In this document: in pieces, positions 41,655 through 50,685 of the stretch
How the letters are laid out: each line of letters begins with the position of its first letter
Numbering within the stretch: position 1 is the first letter of the stretch
DNA from: Thermodesulfobacteriota bacterium
GTDB taxonomy: Bacteria > Desulfobacterota > GWC2-55-46
Direction: 5' to 3'
Length of the DNA: 64,000 bases
Assembly (NCBI GenBank): GCA_030583865.1
Contig: CP129479.1
Span: 1,476,744-1,540,743 of the forward strand
Program-made: the position numbers and the translations under genes
Notes under the pieces: model-generated
The model's input: only the letters and a program-made list of their open reading frames with translations
The model's database searches: none
Told to the model about the DNA's origin: nothing

Positions 41655-41960
41655 TTACTTCTTGGAGATTCGGGACATTCCAGCCTTGATTATTTCCCTC
41701 CTGACCCTTTTCTTGAACTCCGCCTCGTCGACTTTGTACTTGAATACCTTTTTGCCGTTTATGAAAACGGTCGGTATTTCGCCCTTGTAACGCCGGAGGA
41801 GGTCTTCGCTAGAGTCTATGCCGACCTCCTTGAACTCAAAAGGCAGCTCACTGCTTGCCCTGCCTATGATGCTCCGGGCGTCCTTGCAAAGGGCGCAGCC
41901 GTCAATGGCGCAGAGCGCGCAATCCTCGAGTGCATAAAGCTCAACTGTAGGCTTGGTCAT
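41655..41960 (-). CDS. glutaredoxin-like thioredoxin-fold protein with duplicated CxxC
   Basis: 101 aa; EDCALCAIDGCALC tandem CALC motifs; IPTVFINGK glutaredoxin signature. Confidence 0.6.
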   Translation of the reverse strand: MTKPTVELYALEDCALCAIDGCALCKDARSIIGRASSELPFEFKEVGIDSSEDLLRRYKGEIPTVFINGKKVFKYKVDEAEFKKRVRREIIKAGMSRISKK

Positions 41961-41983
41961 GGCACGGCGCTAAGGGGTCGAAA

Positions 41984-42721
41984 TCAGCTTATGCTGGGTA
42001 TTACGCTGTTTATGTACCCGGCTATGATACCAAGTGAGTTGGTAAATATCAAGAGCCCAGTTAATATGAGGAAGACGCCGGTCACTATCGAAACTGTCCT
42101 CATGTGCCTCTTGAGCCGGTTGAAATGCCTGAGAAAGGTGTTGATGCCCAGGGAAGTGAGGAGGAACGGTATTGCCAGCCCCGCCGAATAGGCTATGAAG
42201 AGGATGATACCCGACCAAGGGCTCTCGGTCGTCGCGGCCACGGCGAATATCGCGGAGAGTATGGGCCCTATGCAGGGCGTCCAGCCCGCGGCAAAGCCTA
42301 TCCCCACGAGGAACGATCCGAGGAGCCCCGCCGGCTTCTCGCGGAAGAAATGAAGGCGCTTGTCCCTCTGCAGTATGCTGAAGTTGATGATCCCTATGAT
42401 ATGTATGCCGAGGAGTATTATTACCAGGCCGCCTATCTTCCGGATTATGTCCTGGTATTCCATGAAGACGTTCCCGAGGAGCTGCGCGGAAGAACCCAGT
42501 ATGACCACGAAAACGGTCGAGAAGCCGAGGATGAACATGAGGGAGTTGAAGAGTATTACCTTCTTGAGCTTCTTCTCTTCCCCGCCCTCTCCCGTAAGCT
42601 CCTCGAAAGAGATGCCAGTCACGAAGGATATGTAGGACGGCACGAGCGGCAGCACGCACGGGGAGATGAAGGAGAGTATCCCCCCCATGAACGCAAGCGG
42701 TATGGAAACCTCGGTGGTCAT
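41984..42721 (-). CDS. ccdA: cytochrome c-type biogenesis protein CcdA (DsbD-family thiol transporter)
   Basis: 245 aa; TM cysteines in SFISPCVLPL and GWTPCIGP. Confidence 0.85.
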   Translation of the reverse strand: MTTEVSIPLAFMGGILSFISPCVLPLVPSYISFVTGISFEELTGEGGEEKKLKKVILFNSLMFILGFSTVFVVILGSSAQLLGNVFMEYQDIIRKIGGLVIILLGIHIIGIINFSILQRDKRLHFFREKPAGLLGSFLVGIGFAAGWTPCIGPILSAIFAVAATTESPWSGIILFIAYSAGLAIPFLLTSLGINTFLRHFNRLKRHMRTVSIVTGVFLILTGLLIFTNSLGIIAGYINSVIPSIS

Positions 42722-42750
42722 ATATATTCGCCGGATGAAATGCCTTGTAA

Positions 42751-43347
42751 CTACTTGGCGGGGTATCCGCCTTTCTCCCTGGGCCCGAACTGTACGAGCT
42801 CCATCAGCATCCTGGTTGACGAGGGCTCGGTCCAGTCCCTGGGGCCCCTCACCTTCTCGGCGATGACGCCGTTCTGGTCGATGATGAAGGTCTCTGGCAC
42901 GCCGGTGGTCTTGTATATTTCCTTTATCTTTCCCTTCCTGTCATGCAGGACCGGGAAGGTCAGGTCGTATTTTTCGACGAATTTTCGGACGTTCTCTGGG
43001 CTGTCGTTGTCAATGCTCACAGCCACTATGACGAAAGGGAAAGAGGCGAGGTTGTCGGAGAGCACCTGCATTGACGGCATCTCCTCCTCGCAGGGCTTGC
43101 ACCACGTCGCCCAGAAGTTGAGGAAGATGGCCTTGCCCTTGAAGTCGCTCAGCTTGTGGGTCTTTCCGGAGAGGTCCGGGAGCTCGAAGTCGATCATCTC
43201 CGTGTTCGCGACCACCGGCTCGAATTTCTCCCGCTGCCCGAAGATGAATATGAGCGCCACCGCCGCGACCACGGCCAGTATTATCCCGGCCAGCGCTATT
43301 GCTGGGAGCCCTTTCTCGTTATCCTCTGCGTTCGTCTTTACGCTCAT
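42751..43347 (-). CDS. resA: thiol-disulfide oxidoreductase ResA/TlpA family
   Basis: 198 aa; N-terminal TM; WATWCKPC thioredoxin motif. Confidence 0.85.
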   Translation of the reverse strand: MSVKTNAEDNEKGLPAIALAGIILAVVAAVALIFIFGQREKFEPVVANTEMIDFELPDLSGKTHKLSDFKGKAIFLNFWATWCKPCEEEMPSMQVLSDNLASFPFVIVAVSIDNDSPENVRKFVEKYDLTFPVLHDRKGKIKEIYKTTGVPETFIIDQNGVIAEKVRGPRDWTEPSSTRMLMELVQFGPREKGGYPAK

Positions 43348-43378
43348 CTCGCACCCGTATTGTTTTATTCCGCCATCC

Positions 43379-44266
43379 CTACGCGTAGGCGTGGAGGCCT
43401 GGGAGTATGAAGCTCACGCCCCAGTAGAGAAAAACCACTGCCGCGAAGCCGAGTATCGAGAGGTACGCGGCCCTCTTGCCCCTCCATCCCCTCGTGACAC
43501 GAGCGTGGAGATATGCTGCGTATATGAACCAGGTTATGAGCGACCACGTCTCCTTGGGGTCCCAGCTCCAGTAGCCGCCCCAGGCGTAGTTGGCCCATAT
43601 GGCGCCGGATACGATCCCCACCGCGAGGAACGGGAACCCCCAGGCAATGGCGCGATAGCTCATCTCATCCAGCACCTTCGAGTCGGGAATGGCTTCGAGG
43701 AGCCTTACTCTCTGCTGCCGGCTTTCGTACCTGTTCTTCAGGAGGTAAAGGATGGCAAGCCCGAAAGATATTGCGAAGGCCGCGTACCCGATGAAGGTAG
43801 TGACCACGTGGAAGTCAAGCCAGCCTATGGCGTAATTCTGGAGGTCCCATTTCGAAAGCAGGCTCGTCATCCATTTCCACTTGCTCTGAAGAGCCGGGTT
43901 GAGCGGCTCGACGTCCTTGAACCTGTAAGGCAGGAGCGAGGCCGCCAGCATGGCAAGCGACACTATGGACATCACTATCGCGCCGATGGCCTTGAACTTG
44001 TACCTGTACTCCATCAGGAGATAGCCGGCGTTGGTCGCCCATACAAAGAGCACCATCGACTCCCAGAGGTTCGAGAACGGTCCGTGACCCGACTCGCCCG
44101 CGCGGCTTATGAGGACCATGGTGGTGGCGCCCAGGGCGATGAAGGCCAGAGCCGTGGCTATCTGCCCCAGCCATTTCTTCCTGAATACCCAAAAGCCCGC
44201 GTACGCAGTCGTCGTGAGTATGTAAAAAATGAACGCGAACGTGAAAAAGACAAGAGAAAGTATCAT
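43379..44266 (-). CDS. ccsA: cytochrome c biogenesis protein CcsA/ResC (system II haem handling)
   Basis: 295 aa; WGGYWSWDPKETWS tryptophan-rich (WWD) motif. Confidence 0.9.
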   Translation of the reverse strand: MILSLVFFTFAFIFYILTTTAYAGFWVFRKKWLGQIATALAFIALGATTMVLISRAGESGHGPFSNLWESMVLFVWATNAGYLLMEYRYKFKAIGAIVMSIVSLAMLAASLLPYRFKDVEPLNPALQSKWKWMTSLLSKWDLQNYAIGWLDFHVVTTFIGYAAFAISFGLAILYLLKNRYESRQQRVRLLEAIPDSKVLDEMSYRAIAWGFPFLAVGIVSGAIWANYAWGGYWSWDPKETWSLITWFIYAAYLHARVTRGWRGKRAAYLSILGFAAVVFLYWGVSFILPGLHAYA

Positions 44267-44286
44267 CTTCTCCCCCTAACGGCCTC

Positions 44287-45702
44287 TCATTTGGAAGACA
44301 CCGCTCCGGTTATCTCCCTTATATCGCGCTCGAACGCGAAGGTGTTCTTGTTTATGGTGCCGCCGATCTTCATCTCGGTGGACTGACCGCTGCCCTTTAT
44401 GTGGATCCAGACCCTCCTGTGGTATATGAAGAAGGCCATTATGAAACCGATTCCCATGACCGCGGAGCCTATCCAGACCACGTTGGTGCCGGGGTCTTTG
44501 CTGTACTGCAGGCCCGAGAACCAGGCCCCCTTGTGGCCGGTGTAGACGAAGTCATGGTCGGAGTCGGGTATGGCCGGGAATATCCCCGGGTAGTTCATGA
44601 AAAGCCATGGCGAGGATATGAGCTTCTCTCCTTCGTACACCTCTATCTTTATGGCAGGGTTGTTCGGGTTTTCTGATTTTGAATAGACGAAGTTATTCTC
44701 CTCGTCATAGGCGAAGTCGGCCGTGTACCCTACGAGCTTTACGGAATATTTGCTGTTAGGAACGTCCGTGAGGTCGTTCCATTTGGCGGGAAACGATATG
44801 CCTGACCCTTCCTCAGCCTTGCGCCTGAAGGTCAGCTGCGCCTCCTCGAGCTTGTTCCAGGAGAGGCCGTAGTTCGACTGGTAGAACTTCAGCCCCTTGT
44901 AGTCGAGGGGCTCGTTCACCCATATCTGCTTCTGCATCACTTCCTTGCCGTCCTCGATTATGGTGAGAACCGAGTTGTACTGCCTGATGTGACCAGAATC
45001 ATAATAGTCTATCCAGAACTTGTCGAGCCTGAGCATGAAGGGCTCGTTGCTGAACTTAACGGTGTTGCCGACGTTCATGAATATGGAGTCCCTGTAACCG
45101 TATACGCTTCCGAGAAGCGCCCCGAGGAGTATGAGGAGGAGGCTTATGTGTGTCATATCGGAGCCGAGCCTGCCGATCCTCCCCTTCCACGCGTATATGA
45201 AAAACTCGTCCCCGCCCCCTGAGCTGACTGTGCCGAACCTCTTTTTCCTGAGGACCTGAAGGAGCCTGTCCCTCACGGCCTCCGGGCTCGCGCCTATGCT
45301 CAGGGTCTCGTGGTGCGCGAACTTCTCGATGAGCTTCGGGTCGAAACGCTCCTGCTTGTGGTCAAGGAGCGACCTCCACTTGGGCGGGAACCTCTCGAGG
45401 GTGCAGACGACGATGTTGACGGCCAGGAATACTATCAGCCCCCTGAACCACCACGAGTAATACATGTTGTCGAGGTTGGTGTAGATGATCAGGTTGCCCC
45501 AGGTCTCGCCGAACTCGGCGATGTACTTCTCCGCCTGGGCGTTCTGCTCGATGGCGGTGCCGAAAATCGAGGTGACCGCCAGCGCGATGAGTATGAAGAT
45601 AGTTAGCTTGAGGGAGTTCAGAAAGGCCCAGATACCGGAGCCAAGGGCCCTGTACCACCTGGCGTCCATGCCTTCCGCCGCCTCCTTTGCTTTCTCTGCC
45701 AT
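44287..45702 (-). CDS. resB: cytochrome c biogenesis protein ResB/CcsB
   Basis: 471 aa; ResB family topology (N-terminal TMs, large periplasmic domain, C-terminal TM). Confidence 0.85.
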   Translation of the reverse strand: MAEKAKEAAEGMDARWYRALGSGIWAFLNSLKLTIFILIALAVTSIFGTAIEQNAQAEKYIAEFGETWGNLIIYTNLDNMYYSWWFRGLIVFLAVNIVVCTLERFPPKWRSLLDHKQERFDPKLIEKFAHHETLSIGASPEAVRDRLLQVLRKKRFGTVSSGGGDEFFIYAWKGRIGRLGSDMTHISLLLILLGALLGSVYGYRDSIFMNVGNTVKFSNEPFMLRLDKFWIDYYDSGHIRQYNSVLTIIEDGKEVMQKQIWVNEPLDYKGLKFYQSNYGLSWNKLEEAQLTFRRKAEEGSGISFPAKWNDLTDVPNSKYSVKLVGYTADFAYDEENNFVYSKSENPNNPAIKIEVYEGEKLISSPWLFMNYPGIFPAIPDSDHDFVYTGHKGAWFSGLQYSKDPGTNVVWIGSAVMGIGFIMAFFIYHRRVWIHIKGSGQSTEMKIGGTINKNTFAFERDIREITGAVSSK

Positions 45703-45722
45703 CTCGGAACCTGCTTCCCTGT

Positions 45723-46319
45723 TTATTTATTTGTGAGCGCGGAGAGGTACTCTGCGGCGGCCTTGCCCACCTGGCTTTCGGGGTTGAGGACGGTGGCCTT
45801 CTCCCACGCGGCCTTTGCGCCCTCCATGTCACCCAGGCCGTACGCGAGTATGAAGCCTTTCGTGAGCCATATCCTCTGGTGGTACGGGTTCTTCTTTATC
45901 CCATCCTCTATGTAGGTAAGGCCTTCGGCGGACTTGCCCATGTAATGGAGAGATATCCCGAGGCCGTTGTAGACGTCGGTCTCTCCGGAACCCATATCGA
46001 CCACTCTCTTGTAGTATGTTGACGCCTGCTCGAACTGCCTGGCCTCGAAGTAGGCGTCGGCTAGCCTCCACATGATGTCCGGGCTGCCGGGGCTCTCCTT
46101 CAGCCTGCTCTCCAGGTCCGCTATGAGCATCGTATTCCCGGGAGGGTGCGGCTGCTGTGCGCCGGTCTGCGCGGCCGAGTTCGCTTGCTGCGGCGGGCTG
46201 GGTGCTTCGTCCCTGGAGCAGCCGCCAAGGGCGATGACGGAGGCTATCGCCACCGCGGCCGCTCCCGTTAATATATTTCTTCTTCTCAAGGGTGCCTCCT
46301 TAAAGAGGATTTCAATCAA
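45723..46319 (-). CDS. TPR-repeat lipoprotein
   Basis: 198 aa; RRRNIL + LGGC lipobox; TPR repeats. Confidence 0.55.
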   Translation of the reverse strand: MIEILFKEAPLRRRNILTGAAAVAIASVIALGGCSRDEAPSPPQQANSAAQTGAQQPHPPGNTMLIADLESRLKESPGSPDIMWRLADAYFEARQFEQASTYYKRVVDMGSGETDVYNGLGISLHYMGKSAEGLTYIEDGIKKNPYHQRIWLTKGFILAYGLGDMEGAKAAWEKATVLNPESQVGKAAAEYLSALTNK

Positions 46320-46789
46320 TGCGGACCTGAATGACTCAAATGGCCGAACCTTTCGTCCACGGCCTTCCTGATGGCCGCCGCGTCCAAGCCCTGCCTGTGG
46401 AGGTCGCGCGCCATGAGGGCCTCGTATATGCAGATGTCGCAGTATACGGCGTGCTCGTCGACGAAACAGGTCAAGAGGCTCTTATGGCCGAAATGCCTCT
46501 CGCAGTCGCAGTAGCAGTAAAGGCTGTCTATTATCTCGGGTATCTCCCTGGCGGCCTGGTACGCCTCCGCCGATAAGCCGGTGAACCTGGCCGGGTCGAG
46601 CGTGGGCCGGGTCTCGCCTCCCCTCAGGCTGTCCGCGGTTCCGGTACCCTTGCCAGAATCGCATGACGCGAGGCCGAGCATGACGAGGGTTACCAGGGCG
46701 AGGACTATCCCGCCTCTTGAGCCGCTGTTTGCCATAAGCCGGTCTGTTGCTGTCCAGGGAAGATTTCGGGACGATTTAAGCAGGTTCAA
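46316..46789 (-). CDS. PCYCGC-motif (PF13798-like) lipoprotein
   Basis: 157 aa; lipobox GLASC; Cys/His cluster LYCYCDCERHFGH...LTCF...HAVYCDICIYE. Confidence 0.5.
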   Translation of the reverse strand: MNLLKSSRNLPWTATDRLMANSGSRGGIVLALVTLVMLGLASCDSGKGTGTADSLRGGETRPTLDPARFTGLSAEAYQAAREIPEIIDSLYCYCDCERHFGHKSLLTCFVDEHAVYCDICIYEALMARDLHRQGLDAAAIRKAVDERFGHLSHSGPH

Positions 46790-46853
46790 TATAGCAAAAC
46801 ACGATTAAAAAAGCATTAACTTTCTATTAGGAAATAACCCGTTGAGCAGGGCT

Positions 46854-47699
46854 TCAGCTCCTGGTCTTGCCGGAGTAGTAGGCGACCCTGGTGGACTTCT
46901 CCTCTTCGCCCCAGAGTATGCATTTGGTGGGGCACCTCTTGACGGACTCGTCCGTCTGGGGCGCGAGCGAGTAGTCGACGACCGCGAGGTTGTTCTTCAT
47001 GGCTATGCCGCCGGGGACGCTGCAGTCCTTTACGCAGAGGCCGCAGGCCACGCAGGCCACCTTGCAGACCTTCCTCGCGTAGGCGCCCTTATCGAGGTTC
47101 TTGCAGTAGACGAAGAGCTTCCTGTCCTCCGGGTGCATCTCTATTATGTCCCTTGGGCAGGCCCTCGCGCAGGCCCCGCACCCGACGCACTTGTCGTAGA
47201 AGACGACCGGAAGCCCGTTGTCGTTCATGGCCATCGCGTCGAACTTGCACGCGGCCACGCACTCGCCGAGCCCGAGGCAGCCATAGGTGCAGGACTTGTC
47301 GCCGCCCGTGAGGTGCGAGGCCGTGCAGGTGCCCTCGCCCCTGTACTCGGCCCGCCTTTCGGCCTCGGCGTTCCCGCCCCTGCAGAGCACGACCGCCAGC
47401 ATCCTCTTCATGCTCCCGGCCTCGACGCCGAGGATCCCGGCGAGCTCCGCGGCGGTATCGTTCCCGCCGGCAACGCAGGCCGTGGGTAGCGCTTCGCCCT
47501 TCATGAGGGCCTCGGCGAACATCCTGCAGCCTGGGTAGCCGCAGCCGCCGCAGTTGGTGTTTGGGAGCGCTGCCGAGATGGCCTCTACCCTGGGGTCCTC
47601 CTCGACCTTGAGCTTCCTGTCGGCGTAGACGAGGAAGACCGCCATGACGGCGCCGATTGCGCCCATGCTGACGGCTGATATCACGAGAGTCTCAAGCAT
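46854..47699 (-). CDS. rnfB: Rnf electron transport complex subunit B
   Basis: 281 aa; N-terminal TM; CGGCGYPGC; multiple 4Fe-4S ferredoxin motifs. Confidence 0.85.
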   Translation of the reverse strand: MLETLVISAVSMGAIGAVMAVFLVYADRKLKVEEDPRVEAISAALPNTNCGGCGYPGCRMFAEALMKGEALPTACVAGGNDTAAELAGILGVEAGSMKRMLAVVLCRGGNAEAERRAEYRGEGTCTASHLTGGDKSCTYGCLGLGECVAACKFDAMAMNDNGLPVVFYDKCVGCGACARACPRDIIEMHPEDRKLFVYCKNLDKGAYARKVCKVACVACGLCVKDCSVPGGIAMKNNLAVVDYSLAPQTDESVKRCPTKCILWGEEEKSTRVAYYSGKTRS

Positions 47700-47708
47700 T
47701 GTCCTGCA

Positions 47709-48287
47709 CTAACCCCTTATGAGGCCGGCGAAGCCCATGAAGGCCAGCGCCAGCATCCCGGCGACGATGAAGGTTATGGGCGCGCCCTTGAAGTGCGAGG
47801 GAACGTCCGCGAACTCGAGCTCCTCCCTTATGCCGGACATCATCACTATGGCGAGGGTAAAGCCCACCCCGGTGGCGAACCCGAAGACTATCGATTCGAG
47901 GTAGTTGTAGTCCCTGAGGACCATGAATAGCGCAAGCCCCAGTATCGCGCAGTTCGTGGTTATGAGCGGGAGGAATATGCCCAGCGCGCGGTAAAGGGAC
48001 GGGCTCGCCTTTCTCACGTACATCTCCACGAGCTGCACGAGGGAGGCGATTATGATTATGAAGGTAACGTACTGCAGGAACGGCACGTTGAACCTTAAGA
48101 GCACGTGGTGGTATATGGGCCAGGTCGCGGCTGCGGTCAGGGTCATGACGAACGTGGTCGCAAGGCCCATGTTGACCGCGTTCTCGGTCTTGTTCGAGAC
48201 GCCTATGAACGGGCATATGCCCAGGAAATAGGCGAGCACGAAGTTGTTTACGATGGAAGCCGATATGAATATCAGTATCAGTTCCAA
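47709..48287 (-). CDS. rnfA: Rnf complex subunit A
   Basis: 192 aa; 6-TM RnfA/NqrE family. Confidence 0.9.
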   Translation of the reverse strand: MELILIFISASIVNNFVLAYFLGICPFIGVSNKTENAVNMGLATTFVMTLTAAATWPIYHHVLLRFNVPFLQYVTFIIIIASLVQLVEMYVRKASPSLYRALGIFLPLITTNCAILGLALFMVLRDYNYLESIVFGFATGVGFTLAIVMMSGIREELEFADVPSHFKGAPITFIVAGMLALAFMGFAGLIRG

Positions 48288-48296
48288 GCTGTCTCC

Positions 48297-48938
48297 TTAG
48301 TGCGAGGCCGGCTCAGCCGCCCCGGCCTCCCTTGCTGCCTTCCTGCTCGACATCCAGCCCACGAGCGCGACAAGCGCCCCGAGGACGAGGAAAGCACCCG
48401 CAGGGAGTATCATTATTATCCAGGGCTCGAACCACGAGCCGAGGAGCTTAAAGCCGAAGACGCTCCCGAACCCCAGCACCTCGCGGATTACGCCCATGAG
48501 CGTGAGGCTCATGGTGAACCCCAGGCCTATGCCGAGCGTGTCCATCGCGGTAGGGATGAGCGGGTTCTTCTGCGCAAAGGCCTCGGCCCTTCCGAGTATG
48601 ATGCAGTTCGCGACTATGAGCGGTATGTACGGCCCGAGCGCCTTTGAGATGGCCGGGAAGACCGCCGCGAGGAATATGTCCGTCACGGTCACGAGGGTCG
48701 CTATGACGACAACGTACGCCGGTATCCTCACCTTTGCCGATATGGTCCTCCTTATGAGGGATACGACCATGTTTGAGGTGAAGAGGACGAAAAGGGTCGC
48801 AAGGCCCATGGAAAGGCCGTTTATCGCGGAGTTCGAGACAGCTAGCGCAGGGCAGAGCCCGAGGAGCAGCCTGAAAGGCGCAATATCCTGCCAGAGGCCC
48901 TTCTTGAACTCGTAAAAGAGGCTCCTATCTTGCCGCAT
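48297..48938 (-). CDS. rnfE: Rnf complex subunit E
   Basis: 213 aa; RnfE/NqrD family. Confidence 0.9.
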   Translation of the reverse strand: MRQDRSLFYEFKKGLWQDIAPFRLLLGLCPALAVSNSAINGLSMGLATLFVLFTSNMVVSLIRRTISAKVRIPAYVVVIATLVTVTDIFLAAVFPAISKALGPYIPLIVANCIILGRAEAFAQKNPLIPTAMDTLGIGLGFTMSLTLMGVIREVLGFGSVFGFKLLGSWFEPWIIMILPAGAFLVLGALVALVGWMSSRKAAREAGAAEPASH

Positions 48939-49560
48939 CCTGCCCCTCCACGGCCCGGGCCGGGCGAGGCCCGTCCTCGACCTTCATCATCTCACCGCGC
49001 GGGAAGTTGGCGACCACCTTCTCCACGGCCCTGTTTATGTTCTTTATTACCGCCTCGGACGATATCGTCGCGCCGGTGATGGCCTGTATCTGGTTCGGCT
49101 TCTCGGGTTTCCTGAACTTTATGTACTCTATCCTGGGCTTCACTTCGAGTCCCTTGAACTGGTCCTTGAACGACTCGTCCCGTATCCTGTCGCCGAGGCC
49201 CGGCGTTTCGAGCTGGTCAAGAACCTCTATGCCCTTTAGCTTCAGATAGTCGAGGTCGAGGCCCACCATGAGGCCTATATTGGCGGAAAAGCCGTTTCCG
49301 TCGGCCTTGAAAGCCAGGCCGACTGGCTCCCCGTTTTCGTTTATGCCCTTGTAGACGATAAGCTTCTCCTGCCCGACGGTCTTCTCGACCTTTACGAAAT
49401 CCCTTGCCTCGGGAAGGACATAGAAGACCGATTCCCTGAGCTCCTTCTCCTTATTCGCCTTGATCATCGGGTCAGCCGCCGTAAAGACGCCCGACAGGAC
49501 GGCCCCGGAAAGGGCTCCGATGATTATGAGGTTGAGGAACATTTTTTTAACGCCGTTCAA
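48925..49560 (-). CDS. rnfG: Rnf complex subunit G (FMN-binding)
   Basis: 211 aa; N-terminal TM; ITGATISS FMN attachment motif. Confidence 0.85.
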   Translation of the reverse strand: MNGVKKMFLNLIIIGALSGAVLSGVFTAADPMIKANKEKELRESVFYVLPEARDFVKVEKTVGQEKLIVYKGINENGEPVGLAFKADGNGFSANIGLMVGLDLDYLKLKGIEVLDQLETPGLGDRIRDESFKDQFKGLEVKPRIEYIKFRKPEKPNQIQAITGATISSEAVIKNINRAVEKVVANFPRGEMMKVEDGPRPARAVEGQDAAR

Positions 49561-49585
49561 ATAAAGCCTCCAGTATGCGGGGCTG

Positions 49586-50638
49586 TCAGCCCTTACCCGC
49601 CTTTACCGCGCCGAATACCCTGGGCCTCGTGTGCTTGTTGAGAAGCGGCACAAAGGCGTTCATGAATAGTATCGAATACATGACCCCCTCGGGAAGTCCG
49701 CCGAATATCCTTATGACCACCGCCATTATCCCGGCAACTATGACGAATATCCACTGGCCGAGCGATGTCGTCGGAGAGGTCACCATGTCGGTCACCATGA
49801 ACCATGCCCCGAGCATCGCGCCGCCGGCAAAAAGATGGAAGAGCGGGTTCGGGTACTTGGCCGGGTCTACGAGCCAGAATATGGCCGAGAAGGCGGCTAT
49901 GGTGCCGAGATAGCCAAGGGGGAGCTTCCAGTTTATATATCCCTTGTACCTCAGGTACAGGCCGCCTATTATTATTGCCAGGGCCGAGGTCTCGCCGAGC
50001 GAGCCAGCCGTGTTGCCGAGGAACATGTCCAGGAGGTTGAAATCCATGTCGCCCTCGAACTTCCAGAGCCCTATCGGGGTCGCGGCGGTCACCGCGTCCA
50101 CGGCCTTTTCCACCGTCCTCGGCTCCACCCATGTCGTCGTAAGGACCGGGTAGGTCGCCATGAGGAACGCCCTCCCGAGGAGCGCCGGGTTGAATATGTT
50201 GTAGCCGAGGCCGCCGAATAGCTCCTTCCCCACCCCTATGGCGAAAAGGGACCCGAGCACCGCGCCGTAGACCGGGAAGCCGGCGGGAAGGGTCATGGCG
50301 AGGAGCATGCCGGTTATGACCGCGCTGCCGTCGTGTATCTTTACGGGCTTCCTCCGTATCCTCTGGAAGGCGTATTCGGTAGCGAGGCACGAGGCCACGC
50401 AGACTATTATGAGAAGGAGGGCCCTCCACCCGAAGAAATAGACGCTTGCCGCGGTCGCGGGCATGAGGGCCATGACGACCGTGTGCATTATCTTAGGTAT
50501 GCTCTCCTCGGCCATGAAGTGCGGCGAAGTGGATACAATGAGCTTCGCGGCGGCGGCCGGGGCCTCTGCAACGGCCGATTCCCTGACCTCGGGCTTGCCT
50601 ATCGCGCTATCAGGCGTATTCGTCGTCTTCTGGTCCAT
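49586..50638 (-). CDS. rnfD: Rnf complex subunit D
   Basis: 350 aa; RnfD/NqrB family multi-TM. Confidence 0.9.
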   Translation of the reverse strand: MDQKTTNTPDSAIGKPEVRESAVAEAPAAAAKLIVSTSPHFMAEESIPKIMHTVVMALMPATAASVYFFGWRALLLIIVCVASCLATEYAFQRIRRKPVKIHDGSAVITGMLLAMTLPAGFPVYGAVLGSLFAIGVGKELFGGLGYNIFNPALLGRAFLMATYPVLTTTWVEPRTVEKAVDAVTAATPIGLWKFEGDMDFNLLDMFLGNTAGSLGETSALAIIIGGLYLRYKGYINWKLPLGYLGTIAAFSAIFWLVDPAKYPNPLFHLFAGGAMLGAWFMVTDMVTSPTTSLGQWIFVIVAGIMAVVIRIFGGLPEGVMYSILFMNAFVPLLNKHTRPRVFGAVKAGKG

Positions 50639-50685
50639 ATCCTCTGTTGCCCTTTATGATTCCGCACCGGAGCGAGCCGGAGTGC

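Noticed and set aside
42104-44386. 760-aa plus-strand ORF spanning ccdA-resA-ccsA
   Set aside because: It runs antisense to three well-supported genes and its translation is Arg/Glu/Gly-rich low complexity with no motifs. It is a typical high-GC antisense open frame. The same holds for other long antisense ORFs (1083-2381, 2959-4203, 6096-7085, 10024-11451, 34396-35412, 38543-39724, 62206-63219).
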